From: the human T2T-CHM13v2.0 reference genome, Homo sapiens
DNA length: 64,000 nt
Reading direction: 5' to 3' (one strand)
NCBI RefSeq assembly: GCF_009914755.1
Contig: NC_060947.1
Below the pieces are notes generated by a model. The model was not told the DNA's origin and ran no database searches. It saw only the letters and a list, made by a program, of their open reading frames with translations. The translations under genes and the position numbers were made by a program. Shown piece by piece: positions 11,810 to 25,690 of this stretch. The stretch's first letter is position 1, and every line of letters starts with the position of its first letter.

Positions 11810-12500
11810 TCTACTCTTCCCACATTCAATCCCTATTTCTTAAATATTCTGATGCCTAAATGTCTCTAAAATTTGTTTACTTTTCCCCATCCACAGCATT
11901 ATATTCTGGCTTAGGCCACCATTTTATCTCATAGTATGAAACTCTTAGCTGAGTCCATGGACTCTCCCTGTCCCTCCTATTAAGAAAAATTAATAATTAA
12001 AAAATTATATCACCCCTTCCATTCCTGCTCAAATGGTTTTTTATTACCCTAAGGAGAAGTTCAGGCTTACTAATCTGATTAAACTCGTCCAGCCCTTTTT
12101 CTTATCACTCTCCTTCCCCATTCTGTTCTCCAGCAACAAGCTATGCTTTCTGTTGCATCTGAGCACATGCATTTTCCCCTGTCTATAATTCGTTTCTCCT
12201 TTATATTAATTTGGCTAGCTTCTACCCTCTTTCAGGTCTCAGCTTAAAAGTACATTCTTTCAGGAAGTTTTCCTTGGCCACTCATATCTGAGATAAATGC
12301 TCCTTATGTGCTGTCAAAGCATTGTAAGTGTCTCCCTCCAATGCTTATTACACTATATAATCATTGTCTATTTACGTCTCTGTAACCCTCAATGGTCTGA
12401 AAACTCAACAGGATGAGGAAATGCTTATTTTGTTCCTTGTATTGACTCTTCAATATGGCAGAGGCACATAATAGTCTGTTTATAAATAATTGTTAGAGTG
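11810..12500 (+). mobile_element. L2 3' portion
   Basis: CTTTCAGGTCTCAGCTTAAA...TCAGGAAGTTTTCCTTG...GGCACATAATAG...ATAAATAATTGTT. Confidence 0.65.
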
Positions 12501-13104
12501 ATTATTTAAATTTTACTCTATTCAAACCTCAAATCCAATGGCACTCTAATTCTTAACACAGGTTATTTTAGGCAGTGTACAAACAGTAGGCTCTTGATTC
12601 TGACTTCTGATTACTGATACTGAAAACATGATTTTCTCCTTCTTAAATTTTCTTTATTTTGTAAGTATTAATATTATCAATCTATTATCCAAAAGTGAAT
12701 GATGCAGTAATTTAATTGTAGACTTTTGTTACTATTCGTAAACCATCAGATGGAAGTAGAGATTTCAATTGGATTATAGTATTTTACTCCATCTAAGAGT
12801 GTATAATTGAGAACTACATTATACTTTATAAAATTGCTTTTGCTTTTAGTAATCTTCCAAAGTTCTTTTCCTTTGGCTTTGTTCTTTTGACCAAAGCTCC
12901 TTCTAGAATCAGACACTAAATAACTCCTATTACGGGGGAGAGCCCTTTGCCATCACTTATAGACTAATTCTTGTTTCAGTTCTCTTCCATTTTAAAAATC
13001 TTTGGTGATTTTTAAATGAAGAACAGCCTGTCTCTGCTAACCAGAACCTCCTTGGCAATTCCTTTTTTATTTTATACTTTTCTTTTCCTTTCTCCTCATG
13101 ACTT

Positions 13105-14110
13105 TTTTTTTTTTTTTTTTTTACTAATTACATAGGTCATTTTGTTTACTGCTAAAAATTTCAAATATGCATTAAGTTAGAAGAGGAAAATAACATCCAG
13201 AGATGAAGCTCTGTTAACATGGGGTGTATTTTTCATACCAATATGCTGTCTATTGTTTGACCCTCTCCTTTGCCATGGTTATTTCAAATATTTTCTCCTT
13301 ATTTTGTTTTAACCTTTGCCCTTAAATTTTGGTTCAAATATTTTAAATATAGAGAGCTTTCTGTTTTGTGCAATAAAATCTATTCCATTTATTTCACTCT
13401 TTTTATGCTTAGAAATTACTTCGTCACATAGAGTGCACATATTTACCTATTTTAGTCCTATTTTTTAAGGTTTTAGTTTTTATAGTTAACTCTGTAGCTT
13501 ACATGTAATTTAATTTTATGAGTTTATTAATTTCCCAGTAGTCAATATTCTTTAAATTATAGTCAGTTGTGTCCATCTTTTCCATTGATTTGCAGTGTTT
13601 CTCTAAAGAAATAGTAAAGTCTTTTATAGATTAGTACCTGTTGATAAGTTATTCTATATGTTTATATGATTATTTATATTGTACCAGTATAATACTGTTA
13701 GTTATTGTAGAATGTCAAAGATTTCATATAGGCAATTCTCCTATAACTTTTCTTTTTTCCTTATTAGCTGTTTTAACTTGTTTTATGTTTGATAAACTTT
13801 GGACTAATTTTATCAAGATTCAAATGATCATATTGGGATTTTGATATTGCTTTATTACTATATATTGCTTTGGAAATAATGGACATATACATGAAATATG
13901 TATTATTGTACATATTATAATATTTATATTTATTCAATCTTCCTAAAAATATGCTATATCTCACAGAACTTTTCTGTTACTCATTTATCTTATAGATCCC
14001 ATGTGTTTTGGATGAAGTTACTTCTAGGTAAGTTAAGTCTTTTTTATTGTTGTTACAGTAAAAGTTAGCTTTATTTCTTTATTTTTTTCATTTACTATTC
14101 GAATTAACTG
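13105..14110 (-). mobile_element. Very old L1 (L1ME-like) fragments with T-run at the left
   Basis: ORF 13773-13964 has decayed ORF2-like words (GRLN, SKAIY..NKAI); T-rich antisense composition. Confidence 0.5.
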
Positions 14111-14159
14111 TAGCTGGTGGATTGAAAAAATATTTAAAACATATTTGGTTTATTTCAAT

Positions 14160-14202
14160 ATGTGTGTGTGTATGTATATATATATATATATATGTATGTG
14201 TA
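14160..14202. repeat. (TG)n(TA)n microsatellite
   Basis: Directly visible. Confidence 0.9.
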
Positions 14203-14594
14203 TTTTACAAAACAAGTGATATAAGCAGTAGATTTTATTCAGAGGAAGAAGTCATTGCAGGCTCCCATAGTTGACTAAAGGTATAAGAAAGATAAAGTAT
14301 TTAAAAATGGACAGAAAAGATAGGGCTATTTGTGAAAATTCAGGGCAAACAAATGTAGAGATGAGCAAGGTTTATTCAGGCTCAGTGAACAAAGCACCTA
14401 ACTTTGTTAATTCTTGGAGATAGTTAAGGTTAGAAAGTGCTAAGATTGTGGCAAACCTTGGATGCTAGATAAGGGTGATAATTCAAACATCATTATAGTC
14501 ACAGAAGAAGAGACGATCATGTCAGCAAAACCTATGTTCTTGAGGAGAAAGTAGCATGCCCAAAGTGTCACTTTTGAAAGTAATCCTTAGGTGA

Positions 14595-15007
14595 TGATAT
14601 GGTTTGGGTTTTTGTCCCCTCCAAATTTCATGTTGAAATTTGACCCCCAATGTTGCAGGTGGGGCCTAGTAGAAGTGTCTGGGTCATAGGGGCAGGTCCC
14701 TCATGAATGGTTTAGTGTCCTCCCTCTGTGGTAATGAGTGAGTTTTCACTTTATTAGTTCATGTGAGAGCTAGTTGTTCAGAGTTTGGCACCCTTCCTCC
14801 TCTTGCTCTCCCTCTTACTATGTGACACACTGGCTCCCCTTCCCCTTCTGCCACAATTAAAAGATTCCCGAGGTCCTCACAAGAAGCGGATGCTGGTGCC
14901 ATGCTTCTTGTATGGCCTGCAGAACCATGAGCCAGATAAACTTCTTTTCTTTATAAATTACCCAGCTTCAGTTATTCCTTTATAGCAACACAAAACAAAC
15001 TGAGATA
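14595..15007 (+). mobile_element. MST-type MaLR solo LTR
   Basis: TGATATGGTTTGG start; ATAAATTACCCAGCTTCAGTTATTCCTTTATAGCAACAC end; 5-bp TSD GGTGA at 14590-14594 and 15008-15012. Confidence 0.9.
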
Positions 15008-15025
15008 GGTGATGTTTAGGTTTGG

Positions 15026-15426
15026 TGTATTAGTCTGTTCGAGCTATCATTACAAAATGCCAGAGACTGCTTGACTTAAACAACAGAAATTTATTTTCTC
15101 ATGGTTCTGGAGGCTAGAAGTCTTGTGATCCAGGTGTCTGAAGATCTGGTTCCTAGTGAGGGCTCTCTTTCTGGCTTGTAGATGGCTGCTTTCTTACTAT
15201 GTGTTCAAATGACCTCTTGTTTGTGCTTGTGGAGAGAGAACAAGCACTCTGCTCTCTCTACCTCTTATAAGGACACCAGCCCTATAGGATTAGGTCACCA
15301 TCTTCATGCCCTCATTTAACCTTAATTACTTCTCACAGGTCCTTCCTCCAAATGTAGTCACATTATTTTGGGGGTTAAGGCTTCAACGTTTGATTTTGGG
15401 GGAGACTCAAACATTTGGTCCACAAC
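15026..15426 (-). mobile_element. MLT1A-like solo LTR
   Basis: TGTATTAGTCTG...CTTAAACAACAGAAATTTATTTTCTCATGGTTCTGGAGGCTAGAAGTC. Confidence 0.85.
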
Positions 15427-16135
15427 TTTTGATTTGTGAAAGGGAGAGCCTGGAAAGATACTGGCTAGATTGGCAGCAATGAGGAGATGGGGAATTAAGG
15501 GAAATTTTGAAGGAGGATATGGGAAAAAAGATCATCAAAGTTAACTGTTGAATCCTTATTTGGGGAAGCCAGGAGAAGGAATTCAATTTTTAGGCTTTGT
15601 TTTGAGTACATTACTGTGAATATGCTTATAAATTTGTCTCACTTGGAACTCATGTTCCCTGGAGGGACTGTGAAGATAACATTATAAAAACTACCCACTG
15701 GGTAGATTTAGCTTATAACCTGCTTGGATGTTTTTTGTTCATTATATCATACCAACTGTTTGCACTTACATTGTCCGTGCCAGAGTATAAAGTTTAGAGA
15801 ATGGTCCTATGTCCTGTTTAAAGTCATTTTTATAACTTTCAGGAGAGTATCTTCTACTTGTATATACTTTACAAGTTGAAGATGATGAATAACCTTTTGG
15901 CATCAGTAACTTAGAACTGTTTTGAAAAAAATGAAGGACGTTTATAAAAGAATAGGAGGCTATGAGTTTGGGTTGGTTGGGCTTTACTGAACCTGGGAAA
16001 GATAATATTGATGTTGTAAACATTGTTTCAAATATTATAGGAGCCTTAGAATAGAATCAAGGGGACATTTTTTGATGAGGGTAAGAGGATTTTCATGAAA
16101 ATGAGAGATTATTCATTCTAAAGTTCTCTATAATC

Positions 16136-16354
16136 CAAGGGCTAGAAAACTTTGTAAAGGTACACATAGTAAATAGTTTAGGCTTTGCTAGTCATGGAGT
16201 CTCTTCTGCACTCCTCAACTCTGCCATTGTAGTGCAAAAATAGCCATGGACAATATGTAAATTAATGAGTATGGCTGTGTTTCAGTAAAATGTTATTTAC
16301 AAAAACAGGCTTTGGATTGGCTTTGGCTCATGGACCATAATTTCCTGACCTGTG
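16136..16354 (+). mobile_element. MER58A (hAT-Charlie MITE)
   Basis: GTAAAGG...ATAGTAAATAGTTTAGGCTTTGC...CTCAACTCTGCCATTGTAGTGCAAAAATAGCCATGGACAATATGTAA. Confidence 0.85.
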
Positions 16355-16620
16355 GTCTAACCCATTATGCAGAGTATTTTATAAATTCAGTCACTATTGG
16401 GATCACATGTTGAGGTAGATGAATGGCATATGTGGTTACTATGCTTTAAAGATTAAAGTTCTGCAATTGTTAAAGTTCTGAGAAAATTTAGCCAATTTAT
16501 TTTTCAATAACCTAAGAACTTTCTTCTACTATATTATTAGGTGCTCGGTACCTTGAAGGTACAGATTGGGGTGATATATGAACTTGAAAAATTATCCAAA
16601 TATCATTTTGGTCACCTTTC

Positions 16621-17045
<425 letters not shown>

Positions 17046-17240
17046 TAATCACACTTCTTTCTGACATCATTGACATCAGTAGCTAATCAGTGACCAAGTG
17101 GACTGACTTAAATTTAACTTATATTTTACTCATCTCAAATGCTTGTGTCTTTAAGATAACCTTCTGATATATCCTAATTAGAAAGAATGCCTCCCTTCTT
17201 GGCATTATATTTTACCTCATAACTATTTATGATGTTAAAG

Positions 17241-17460
17241 GAGCATTATGACATAGAGGTTATGAACATGGGTTTTGGTTTTATGATGTTCTGCAAGTTA
17301 CTTAAACCTCTATGGATTTCACTTTCATCAACTATCAAATGGTGATAATAATAGCTTCCATCTCATAAGATTTTTTTTGTGATAATGACATGAGTTAATA
17401 CACATAAGTAAAGCATTTAGAACAGTGATGACACATAGTAGCTGCTTAATAAAGTATCAT
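17241..17460 (+). mobile_element. MIR
   Basis: GCAAGTTACTTAAACCTCT...TTTCATCAACTATCAAATGGTGATAATAATAG...AAAGCATTTAGAACAGTG. Confidence 0.75.
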
Positions 17461-19154
17461 CATTAGAGTTTTCCTATTACACTGTAAGTAAGTTCTTTGA
17501 GGGCAAGGAGTATATTTTGCTTTTTGATTATAAAGCAATTTTCATGGAGGATACTAATATTCAACATATGGTAGTTAATGTTATTACTGTTATCATCATT
17601 TGGTGCAAATAATCATTAACTTTTTGTTAAATTGAATAGCCTGCATTCCCCTGTTAATTCTTAGCAGATGTTAGCTTGTAGTAAAGTTCACAGTGTAAAG
17701 AGAAACAAGGTAAATAAAGGAACATTTAAAGGAATCTTACAAATTAGCTCAATTGCCTGTGAGCATTTTCCAAGAATAATTTATGAATCTATGAGGAAGG
17801 AAGAGTATCCACCTGAGCCATCTCAAGGTCTTTGTGGCTTAATATATTTGTTGGCATTGCTGCTTTTCATTTTTCTCAGTCTAATGGGCAGAGTAATAGC
17901 TATATTTGGGCTAACTTGAGTCAAAATATATGAGAACAGAAATTTATTAAATAGTCTCAATATCTACCAATACCTTTTTTCCTATCATACGATGCTGGTA
18001 TCCCTGCTACTGGACCATCTTGATTACTATCTCTGATACTTATTAACTTTAATTCTGAGCTGATTTCCTACCCCATGGTAATTTCTTAATGAAATCACTG
18101 AGGTTCTTTACTTTTTCTTTTTCTCTCTCTTACTTTCAGATTCAGTTTTTCCCCCCAATTTGTGTTCAGTTTCACTCTATATTTGCATTAGTGCCTCAAA
18201 CTTCACACAATATAGACATCTTTGTGAAGGCTTAAAGATTATTCACAGCTTTTTATTTATTCTCAAGTATCAGTATTTTTTTCCTTGTCCCTGGACTATT
18301 TCTTTATTAGAAAAACTTCCTCAGGCTATTCCTGAAAAATTTTAACTGCCTGAGCAATTGGGAGACTCCAGAGCTTCTAAAAAGCTGGTTGGTCAAGAAT
18401 CCCAGGAATTCTATAATAGACAACCTTAGTACTGATTTTTCTTAAAATGTGCACATATTCCCTTGGGTTTATTATTCACTGGTTTTATAAAAATAAATCT
18501 TCCTACTTTGAGTGCCAAACTTAGAAATGAGCTTTGAATAAACAGTAATGTTCTGAGGCTCAGTTTATTTTCTTGTCAAGATCTTTAATAGCTCTTCTTT
18601 GTGTGTGCGTGTGTGTGAGTGCAGTTGACTATTATGATAAAATCCATCTAATTAGCTATCAATATTTGACAGAGTACTTTTTTAGCAGTGCCATTCATTC
18701 AACTCAACAGAGCAGTCATTTCAATCAAGGAAACCACACCAGCCATTCAAATGAGAGAATACTGCTGGAGCTGAGTTTCATCTTACTGGGCTCAATAAAG
18801 AAAATATAACTTCAGGGTTTCTATTAGCCAATATATCTCATTAATATTGTGACTGAGACTGTCAATATCCATTTGCAAAGCCATCAGTGTTTAGAACTTA
18901 TCCTGAAGTGATAAGACAAAAGAGAAAACGGGCTTCATATTTGTAATTTTTTATGTAGCAACACGTAGATCTTTTATCAGATCAAATGCATATCACACAC
19001 AGCCTCATAAATGCCATTGGCCTTTTTTTGTTATCTTATTTTTCATATAGGCAACTATGGTTCTGTTATTTAATTTATAGGAAACTCTGAGAAGGTTACT
19101 TCTCTGAGTCTTACTCTCATTATTCGCAAAGTAGGAATAATGACAGCAGAAGTG

Positions 19155-19537
19155 CCAATCAGTTTTGTTGCATAACAAGCACCGTATATCCAAGGTTTTT
19201 AAGAATGCACATTTATTTTGGCTTATATGTAAGCAGGTCAGCCGGGGTGAATCTAGGCTGGGCTCAGCTGGGCTTGTCTTCAGGCTCCAGGTTGTGTCTG
19301 CTCCAAATATCCCTCATTCTTCTGGGACCAGTTTTCTGGGACATAGTCTTTCGTGGCAGTGGCAAAAGCCCAGCTGTGCAAACACATTTCAAGTCTTTGC
19401 TTTCACCATGTCTGCTAATATCCCATTGATCAAAGCAAGTCACAAAGTTCAAAATCAGTGGGGCGAGGAAATGTTCCTCTACGACATGGGGTGGGGTAGG
19501 AAGTGAGTACTTTCTGAACAGTAATCTAATCTACCAT
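19155..19537 (-). mobile_element. MLT1I/J-like LTR
   Basis: CTAGGCTGGGCTCAGCTGGGC; GCTAATATCCCATTGATCAAAGCAAGTCAC; ends AATCTACCATA. Confidence 0.75.
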
Positions 19538-20705
19538 ACCTAACCTCTCATGATAATTAGGAAGATTCTACGAAATTAGGTATGTGAGAGCTCCTTGTCA
19601 GTTTTAAGGTCCTGTGTGACTATGATATTTATAAGTGCTCTGTCATTATAAAATTCTAGCAAGACTCCTTTTGATTTTGACCTACTACCCATTCCATAAC
19701 CTTCAACTAAGAAAAGCCATATACAATGCTTGTTAGCAGCTGTTGACTTTGAGTACCGAGGTGTCATTGCACATTATTATAGTGGGAGGCTAAAAATCAG
19801 GAGTATCTATTACAGTCTAGGATGTTTAAACTGCTTCTTGGCTTACCATAAGACTTTAAATTCAAGGAGAAAGCAAGCTAAGGAAAGAGGATTACCTTTG
19901 AACAGTCTTCATGATAAAATAGTAGTAATTAGTTTGAGCAAAATCCTATATATATATAGCACTTTGCAGGAAAACCAAATGGCAGACAGATAAAACAAAT
20001 TACTTTACTCAGGGTAATTAGCAAGTGATTATAAGGTTCTGCCTATGTTCTCTCAAGAATACAAAGATCATGCCCTGCTTTTCGAAGAACTTTATTCTGC
20101 TCAATACCTAATCCACCTAAAGTCACTACAAAATCTGACAGCAACCTCGCCACAAACATTGAACCACACCGAATACCTGGGAGACCACAACAATGCTAAT
20201 TTAATGATGAGAGGGAGGAGGGAAGAGGAAACACGATGTTTTTCTTTTCTTTTATTATTTATTTATTTTGCCACCTTTGTTGGCCCCCAATTTGGATTTT
20301 TCTTCATGTAGGTATCACACGGTTCCTAAGAATTAAGAACCATATGTTTATGTACCAATGTCTAGGACTGTGAACTAAAATATTATTGTGTCTTTAAGTC
20401 CAGAGCATTTCATTTGAGAAAAATAACATCATTGAGAGAGAGAATTGTCCTCTGGATAGAGGTCATAGAAAATTCAAATTAATTTCTCATCAAAGATGAC
20501 TCAGGAAAAGAGATAGTTCACATAATATTTTGACTGAAGGACACTGAAACCTTTCAGGATAATGTTGCTGCCAAATGACAAAAATAAGGCCTCTCCCATA
20601 AGTGGGGCAATATAACACAGCAATACAGAGTTCTATTTAGACATAGAAGCTATATGACCTACCCGCATTAAATACGGTGAACCCATATTTAATGTTTTGA
20701 AGTTT

Positions 20706-21381
20706 CTTTTTTTTATTATACTCCAAGTTCTGGGATACATGTGCAGAACATGCAGGCTTGTTACATAGGTATACACATGCCATAGTGGTTTGCTACACCC
20801 ATCAACCCGTCATCTACATTAGCTGTTTCTCCTAATGTCATCCCTTGCCTTGCCCCCCACCCCGCAACAGGCCCCAGTGTGTGATGTTCCCCTCCCAGTG
20901 TCCATGTGTTCTCATTGTTCAACTCCCACTTATGAGTGAGAACGTGCGGTGTTTGGTTTTCTGTTCCTGTGTTAGTTTGCTGAGATTGATGGTTTCTAGC
21001 TTCATATATGTCCCTGCAAAGGACATGAACTCGTTCTTTTTTATGGCTGCATAGTATTCCGTGGTGTATATGTGCCACATTTTCTTTATCCAGTGTGACA
21101 TTGATGGGCATTTGGGTTAATTCCGTGTTTTTGCTATTGTGAATAGTGCTGTGCTGAACATGCACATGCATGTGTCTTTATAGTAGAATGATGTATAAAC
21201 CTTGGGTATATACCCAGTAATGGGATTGCTGGGTCAAATGGTATTTCTAGTTCTAGATCCTTGAGGAATCACCACACTGTCTTCCACAATGGTTGAACTA
21301 ATTTACACTCTCACCAACAGTGTAAAAGCATTCCTATTTCTCCACATCCTCTCCAGCATCTGTTGTTTCCTGACTTTTTAA
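20706..21381 (-). mobile_element. L1PA (PA7/8-like) 3' end, 5'-truncated
   Basis: GTTCTGGGATACATGTGCAGAAC...; ORF 20919-21101 WIKKMWHIYTTEYYAAIKK; TSD TTTGAAGTTT at 20696-20705 and 21382-21391. Confidence 0.93.
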
Positions 21382-21391
21382 TTTGAAGTTT

Positions 21392-21700
21392 TTGTTATAG
21401 AGATTTTATATAACCTTTCATTAAGTATTTATTCCTAAGTATTGTTTGTTCATAGAATTTCTCTTTCAATTTCATTTTCCAATAGTACATTACTACTATA
21501 TATAAATACAATCGATTTTTGTACTCTGCCTTTGTATCCTATGACCTTACTAAATTTACTTATTTGATCTAGTTTTTTTGTAGATTCCTTTTGATATTCT
21601 AATACAGTCATGAAATTTAGGAATAAAGGCAGTTTTTATTTTTATTTCCAATCTTTATGCTTTTTATTTCTTTTTCTTGTATTCTTGCACTATTTAGTAT
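21392..21700 (-). mobile_element. Old L1 ORF2 fragment
   Basis: TTTATTCCTAAGTATT...TTGTATCCTATGACCTTACTAAATTTACTTATT...TTTCCAATCTTTATGCTTTTTATTTC. Confidence 0.65.
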
Positions 21701-21702
21701 TA

Positions 21703-22435
21703 TTTTGTTTTATTTTATTTTGGTAGGAACTGTTAAATGAGACCTATCCTCTTAAAAACATTTTTGGATATATAATAAATTATTGTTGACTACAGATAGA
21801 ATGTTGTCCAGCAGATTTCTAGAGTTTATTGCTCTTCCTGGACTGTAAGTTTATGTCCATTGATTAGTAACACTCAGTTTCTCCCTCCCTGAAGCCCATG
21901 GTAATCACAATTCCAACTCTTTGAATCTATAATTTGACTGTTTTAGATATCTCGTATAAATAGAATCATGCAGTATTTACGTCTGGCTTGTTTCACTTAG
22001 AATAATGTCCTCAAGGTGCATCCATGTTGTCCCATATTGCAAAATTATTTTCTTTATAAGGCTGAATAGTATCCCATTATGTATATAGTATCCAATTATA
22101 TATATAGACCACATTTTCTTTATCCATCCATAGATGAACATTTAAGGTTTCTTTTTCACGTCTTGGCTGTTGTGAATAGTGATGCACTTAACATAGGAGT
22201 GCTGTTATGTTTTCAAAATTCTGATTTTAATCGTTTTTGATAAATTCCAAGAACTGGAATTGCCGGATCATATGGTAATTCTATTTTTAACTTTTCGAAG
22301 ATGAAGACCTTCCACACTGTTTTCTACAGTGGCTGTACCATTTTACATTTCAACCAACAGTGTGCAAGGATTTCAATTTCTCCACATCCTTGTCAACATT
22401 TATCTTTTTGTTTTTGATAATAGCCATCCTGACAC
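21703..22435 (-). mobile_element. L1MA9/10-like 3' segment (non-inverted part of a twin-primed insertion)
   Basis: AAATGAGACCTATCCTCTTAA...TGTCCAGCAGATTTCTAGAG 3' end; stops at TAGCCATCCTGACAC. Confidence 0.85.
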
Positions 22436-22448
22436 GCGTCCCATCACA

Positions 22449-23870
22449 AAGGAAGCAGTAAAATTGTTCCTGTTTGTAGACATTATAATCTCATGTATAG
22501 AAAACCATAAAGATTCCATTAAAAAGCTCTTAGAACTAATAACTGAATTCAGTAATGTTGCAAGATGCAAACTCAACATACAAAAATCGGTTGCATTTCT
22601 GTACATTAACAATGAACCAATGAACAATGAAGAAGAAATTAGAAAAATAATGCAGTTTACAACAGCAACAAAAAGAATAGAATACCCAGGAACAAACTTA
22701 ACTATGGTGGTGAAAGACTTGTATATTAAAAACTATTAAACATTGATGAAATAAATTAAACAAGATACAAACAAATAGAAAGACATTCTGTGTTCATGGG
22801 TTAGAAGACTTAAAATTGTTAAAATGTATGGACTACCCAAAGAAATCTACAGATTCAGTGTGATCTCTATCAAAATCCCATTGGCTTTTTTTTTGCATAA
22901 ATAGAACAAACAGTTCTAAAATTCATATGGTACCACAAATAACCAAATAAATCCTGAGTAACAAGAACTAAGCTTCAACAATCACAGTTCTTGATTTCAA
23001 AATATAGTACAAAGCTACTGTATTCAAAACAGTATGTGACTAACATAAAGACAGACATATAGACCAATGGAATAGAATGGAGAGCCCAGAAATAAATCCA
23101 CATGTATACAGTCAACTAATCTTTGACAGGGTACCAAGACTACATAGTAGGGAAAGATAGCCTTTTCAACAAATGATGTTAAGAAAATTGGATGTCCACA
23201 TACAAAAGAACAAAATTGGACTCTTATCTTACTCCATACACAAAATTAACTCAAAATGAATTAAAGACTTAAATGTAAGACCTGAAAACATAAAACTCCT
23301 AGAAGAAAACGAAGGAGAATCCTTTATGACATTAGTCTTGGCAATGATTTCATGGCTATGACACCAAAAGCACGGGCAACAGAAGCAAAAATAAACAAAT
23401 GGGATTATGTCAAACTAAAAAGCTTCTGCAGTCAACCCGTATCTACTAAGAATACAAAAATTAGCCAGGCGTGGTGGCACGCACCTGCAATCCCAGCTAC
23501 TAGGGAGGCTGAGGCAGGAAAAATCTCTTGAATCTGGGAGGCAGAGGTTGTAATGAGCTGAGATTGCACTGGCGAGACTCCATCCAAAAAAAAAAAAGCT
23601 TCTGCACAGCAAAGGAAACAATCAACTGAGTGAAAAGATAACCTACAGAATGGGAGAAAATATTTGCAAACCATATATCTGATAAAGGGCTAATCTTCAA
23701 AATATATAGGGAACTGCTACAACTCAATAGTACAAAAATGAATAACCAATTAAAAAATGGGGTAAGGGTTTGAATAGACATTTTTTCAAAAAAGACATAG
23801 AAATGGTCAACAGGTATATGGGAAATGCTCAATGTTACTAATGCAAATGAAATGCAAATGAAAACCAGAA
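22449..23870 (+). mobile_element. L1 ORF2 RT/C-terminal segment (inverted 5' part of the same insertion)
   Basis: ORF 22329-22739 KEAVKLFLFVDII...KKLLELITEFSNVARCKLNIQKSVAFLY (decayed RT, FADD region); ends AATGCAAATGAAAACCAGAAT. Confidence 0.88.
23431..23592 (+). mobile_element. 5'-truncated Alu (mostly right arm) with an internal deletion
   Basis: TCTCTACTAAGAATACAAAAATTAGCCAGGCG...GAGACTCCATCC-A tail; TSD AAAAAGCTTCTGCA at 23417-23430 and 23593-23606. Confidence 0.92.
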
Positions 23871-23929
23871 TCCAACAAATTTGATAAATATTTCTGTTAT
23901 ATTTTAAATGAATATAATGTTATTATATT

Positions 23930-24560
23930 GCACTTTTCCCCATGAAAACACTAGATATTATTCCACTGTTTCTTGGCAGTAGAAGGAGATAGCAGTCTGG
24001 TTTCTCCCATTTGTAGATGATTTGCTTTATCCACTGAATGCCTATAGGGTTCTTTTATTTCCTTAATTTAGTTATTACATCAGATTGTATCTTTGTGTTG
24101 AGTATCGTCTATCGTGTTTTTCAGAATACATTTTGTCACTGATTTGTAGATTTGGGTCTTTGTTTATTTCAGAATGATTTCCTGTTATTCTGTTTATTCT
24201 GCTCTCTTTCTGGTGCCGTTATCATCATCATCATCTTGACGTTGGATTTTCTTTGCCTGCCTTTATTCTGATTGCTCATCACGCATTTGCCTTTATCTTC
24301 TGGACTTTGTGTTGTTTTCTCATACTTCTTTTTCATATTGTTGACTCTTTCTCAGCAGAATGTATTTTACTTGCCATTATTTTTATTTTCAAGTTGCTTT
24401 ACAATTCTTTTCCTCAGTTTTTCCAGATCACTTTTCATCTCTTGCTGTTTTATGTAGTATTTGAGCTATTTCTTCTAAGAGTCTATATTCCTTTACTTTT
24501 TTTGAGATTATAAAACGCTTGTCTGAGCTTTTCTTTAGTTTCTTGAGGATAATGCATCTG
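23930..24560 (-). mobile_element. Old L1 ORF1-region fragment
   Basis: ATATTATTCCACTGTTTCTTGGC; TTGTAGATTTGGGTCTTTG...TTCAGAATGATTT. Confidence 0.5.
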
Positions 24561-24675
24561 AAGTACATTTTTCATTCTGTTTGCTTACTATGTTAATTTA
24601 CCCCCTTTTTTTTTAATAGTGTCTGTGTATGCAGGCCAAGTTGAACTTTTTCCGCTTCTTATCTGTGGGTGGGGT

Positions 24676-24803
24676 AAGACTGCCAGATTTAGCAAATAAA
24701 AACATAGGGTGTCCAGTTCAGACTGAATTTTAAATACATGTGGATACATTTTTAATGTTACAAGTATGTTCCATGCAGTATTTGGGACATTCTGATACTA
24801 AAA
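24676..24803 (+). mobile_element. MER53 (partial palindromic hAT MITE)
   Basis: TGCCAGATTTAGCAAATAAAAACATAGGGTGTCCAGTT...AAGTATGTTCCATGCAGTATTTGGGACAT. Confidence 0.75.
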
Positions 24804-25471
24804 TTCCATTTTAGTATAATTCTAAAGGGTACTTTTTCACTATATGTGCTTGTGTCACTTTCCTTGAGAGCACAGAAAGCTTATCAACCAGAGATCAACA
24901 TGAACCGAATTGGAGCCTCTGAGCTAATAGGTCTTTGATTATTTAGTGTTTATTCATCTTTGTTGATAAGACTGCTGCAGAACCAATTGGTGTTTTCTCT
25001 TTCCTCCAGGTCTCACTTCTTTCAATTTGTAGTTTGGGTTAGAAATAGTATAGTAAAGTTGTGCAATCCCTTCATCAACCCACCTCCCATGACATTCATT
25101 TTATGACTTGGAACTGTTTGGACCTGCAGTTCCCACATAGCCCACCCATGCCTGTGATCTTCATTGGTCCAAATATATGAGTTTCAATCCAGCCTCTCAA
25201 GATTCTGTAAGGGAATCAAGGGCAGTGGAAGTGACTTTTGGCTTTCGCATCCTTCCTCGTTTAAGTCCAAACTTCAAGGAATTTTGGCATATATTGTTTA
25301 CAAACTGTGAGTTGGGGTTTTTGCTATTTCCTGAATTTATATAGATTGGATTTTTAAAAACATATTCTGTTTTGGAGTTTTCAGAGAGAGGTGTAGAATA
25401 AACATACTTTTATTACAAAATATATCATAAATTTTTTGGATGGGTTCTGAAGGTGGATTTTGGTATCTCCA

Positions 25472-25690
25472 ATAATAATAATAAATATTTATTGAGTATT
25501 TCATGTGAAAGTCACTAAATTAAGTAAATTTACGTGGGTTTATGCAAAACCATCCTATTACTGTGCTCATCAATTTACAGATAAGGAAGCAAAAGCTTGG
25601 AGAGTTTAGCTGACTTCTCCAAGGTTGTGCAGCTCTTAAATGACACAGACACAGGATTTGCATCTAGTTCTGGAATCCACTTATAACTAC
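25472..25690 (-). mobile_element. MIR
   Basis: ATTTATTGAGTA...TTTACAGATAAGGAAGC...GACTTCTCCAAGGTTGTGCAGCT...CAGGATTTG. Confidence 0.7.

Noticed and set aside
15766-16023. 85-aa minus-strand ORF with nearby donor- and acceptor-like motifs
   Set aside because: No recognisable protein similarity and no consistent multi-exon structure
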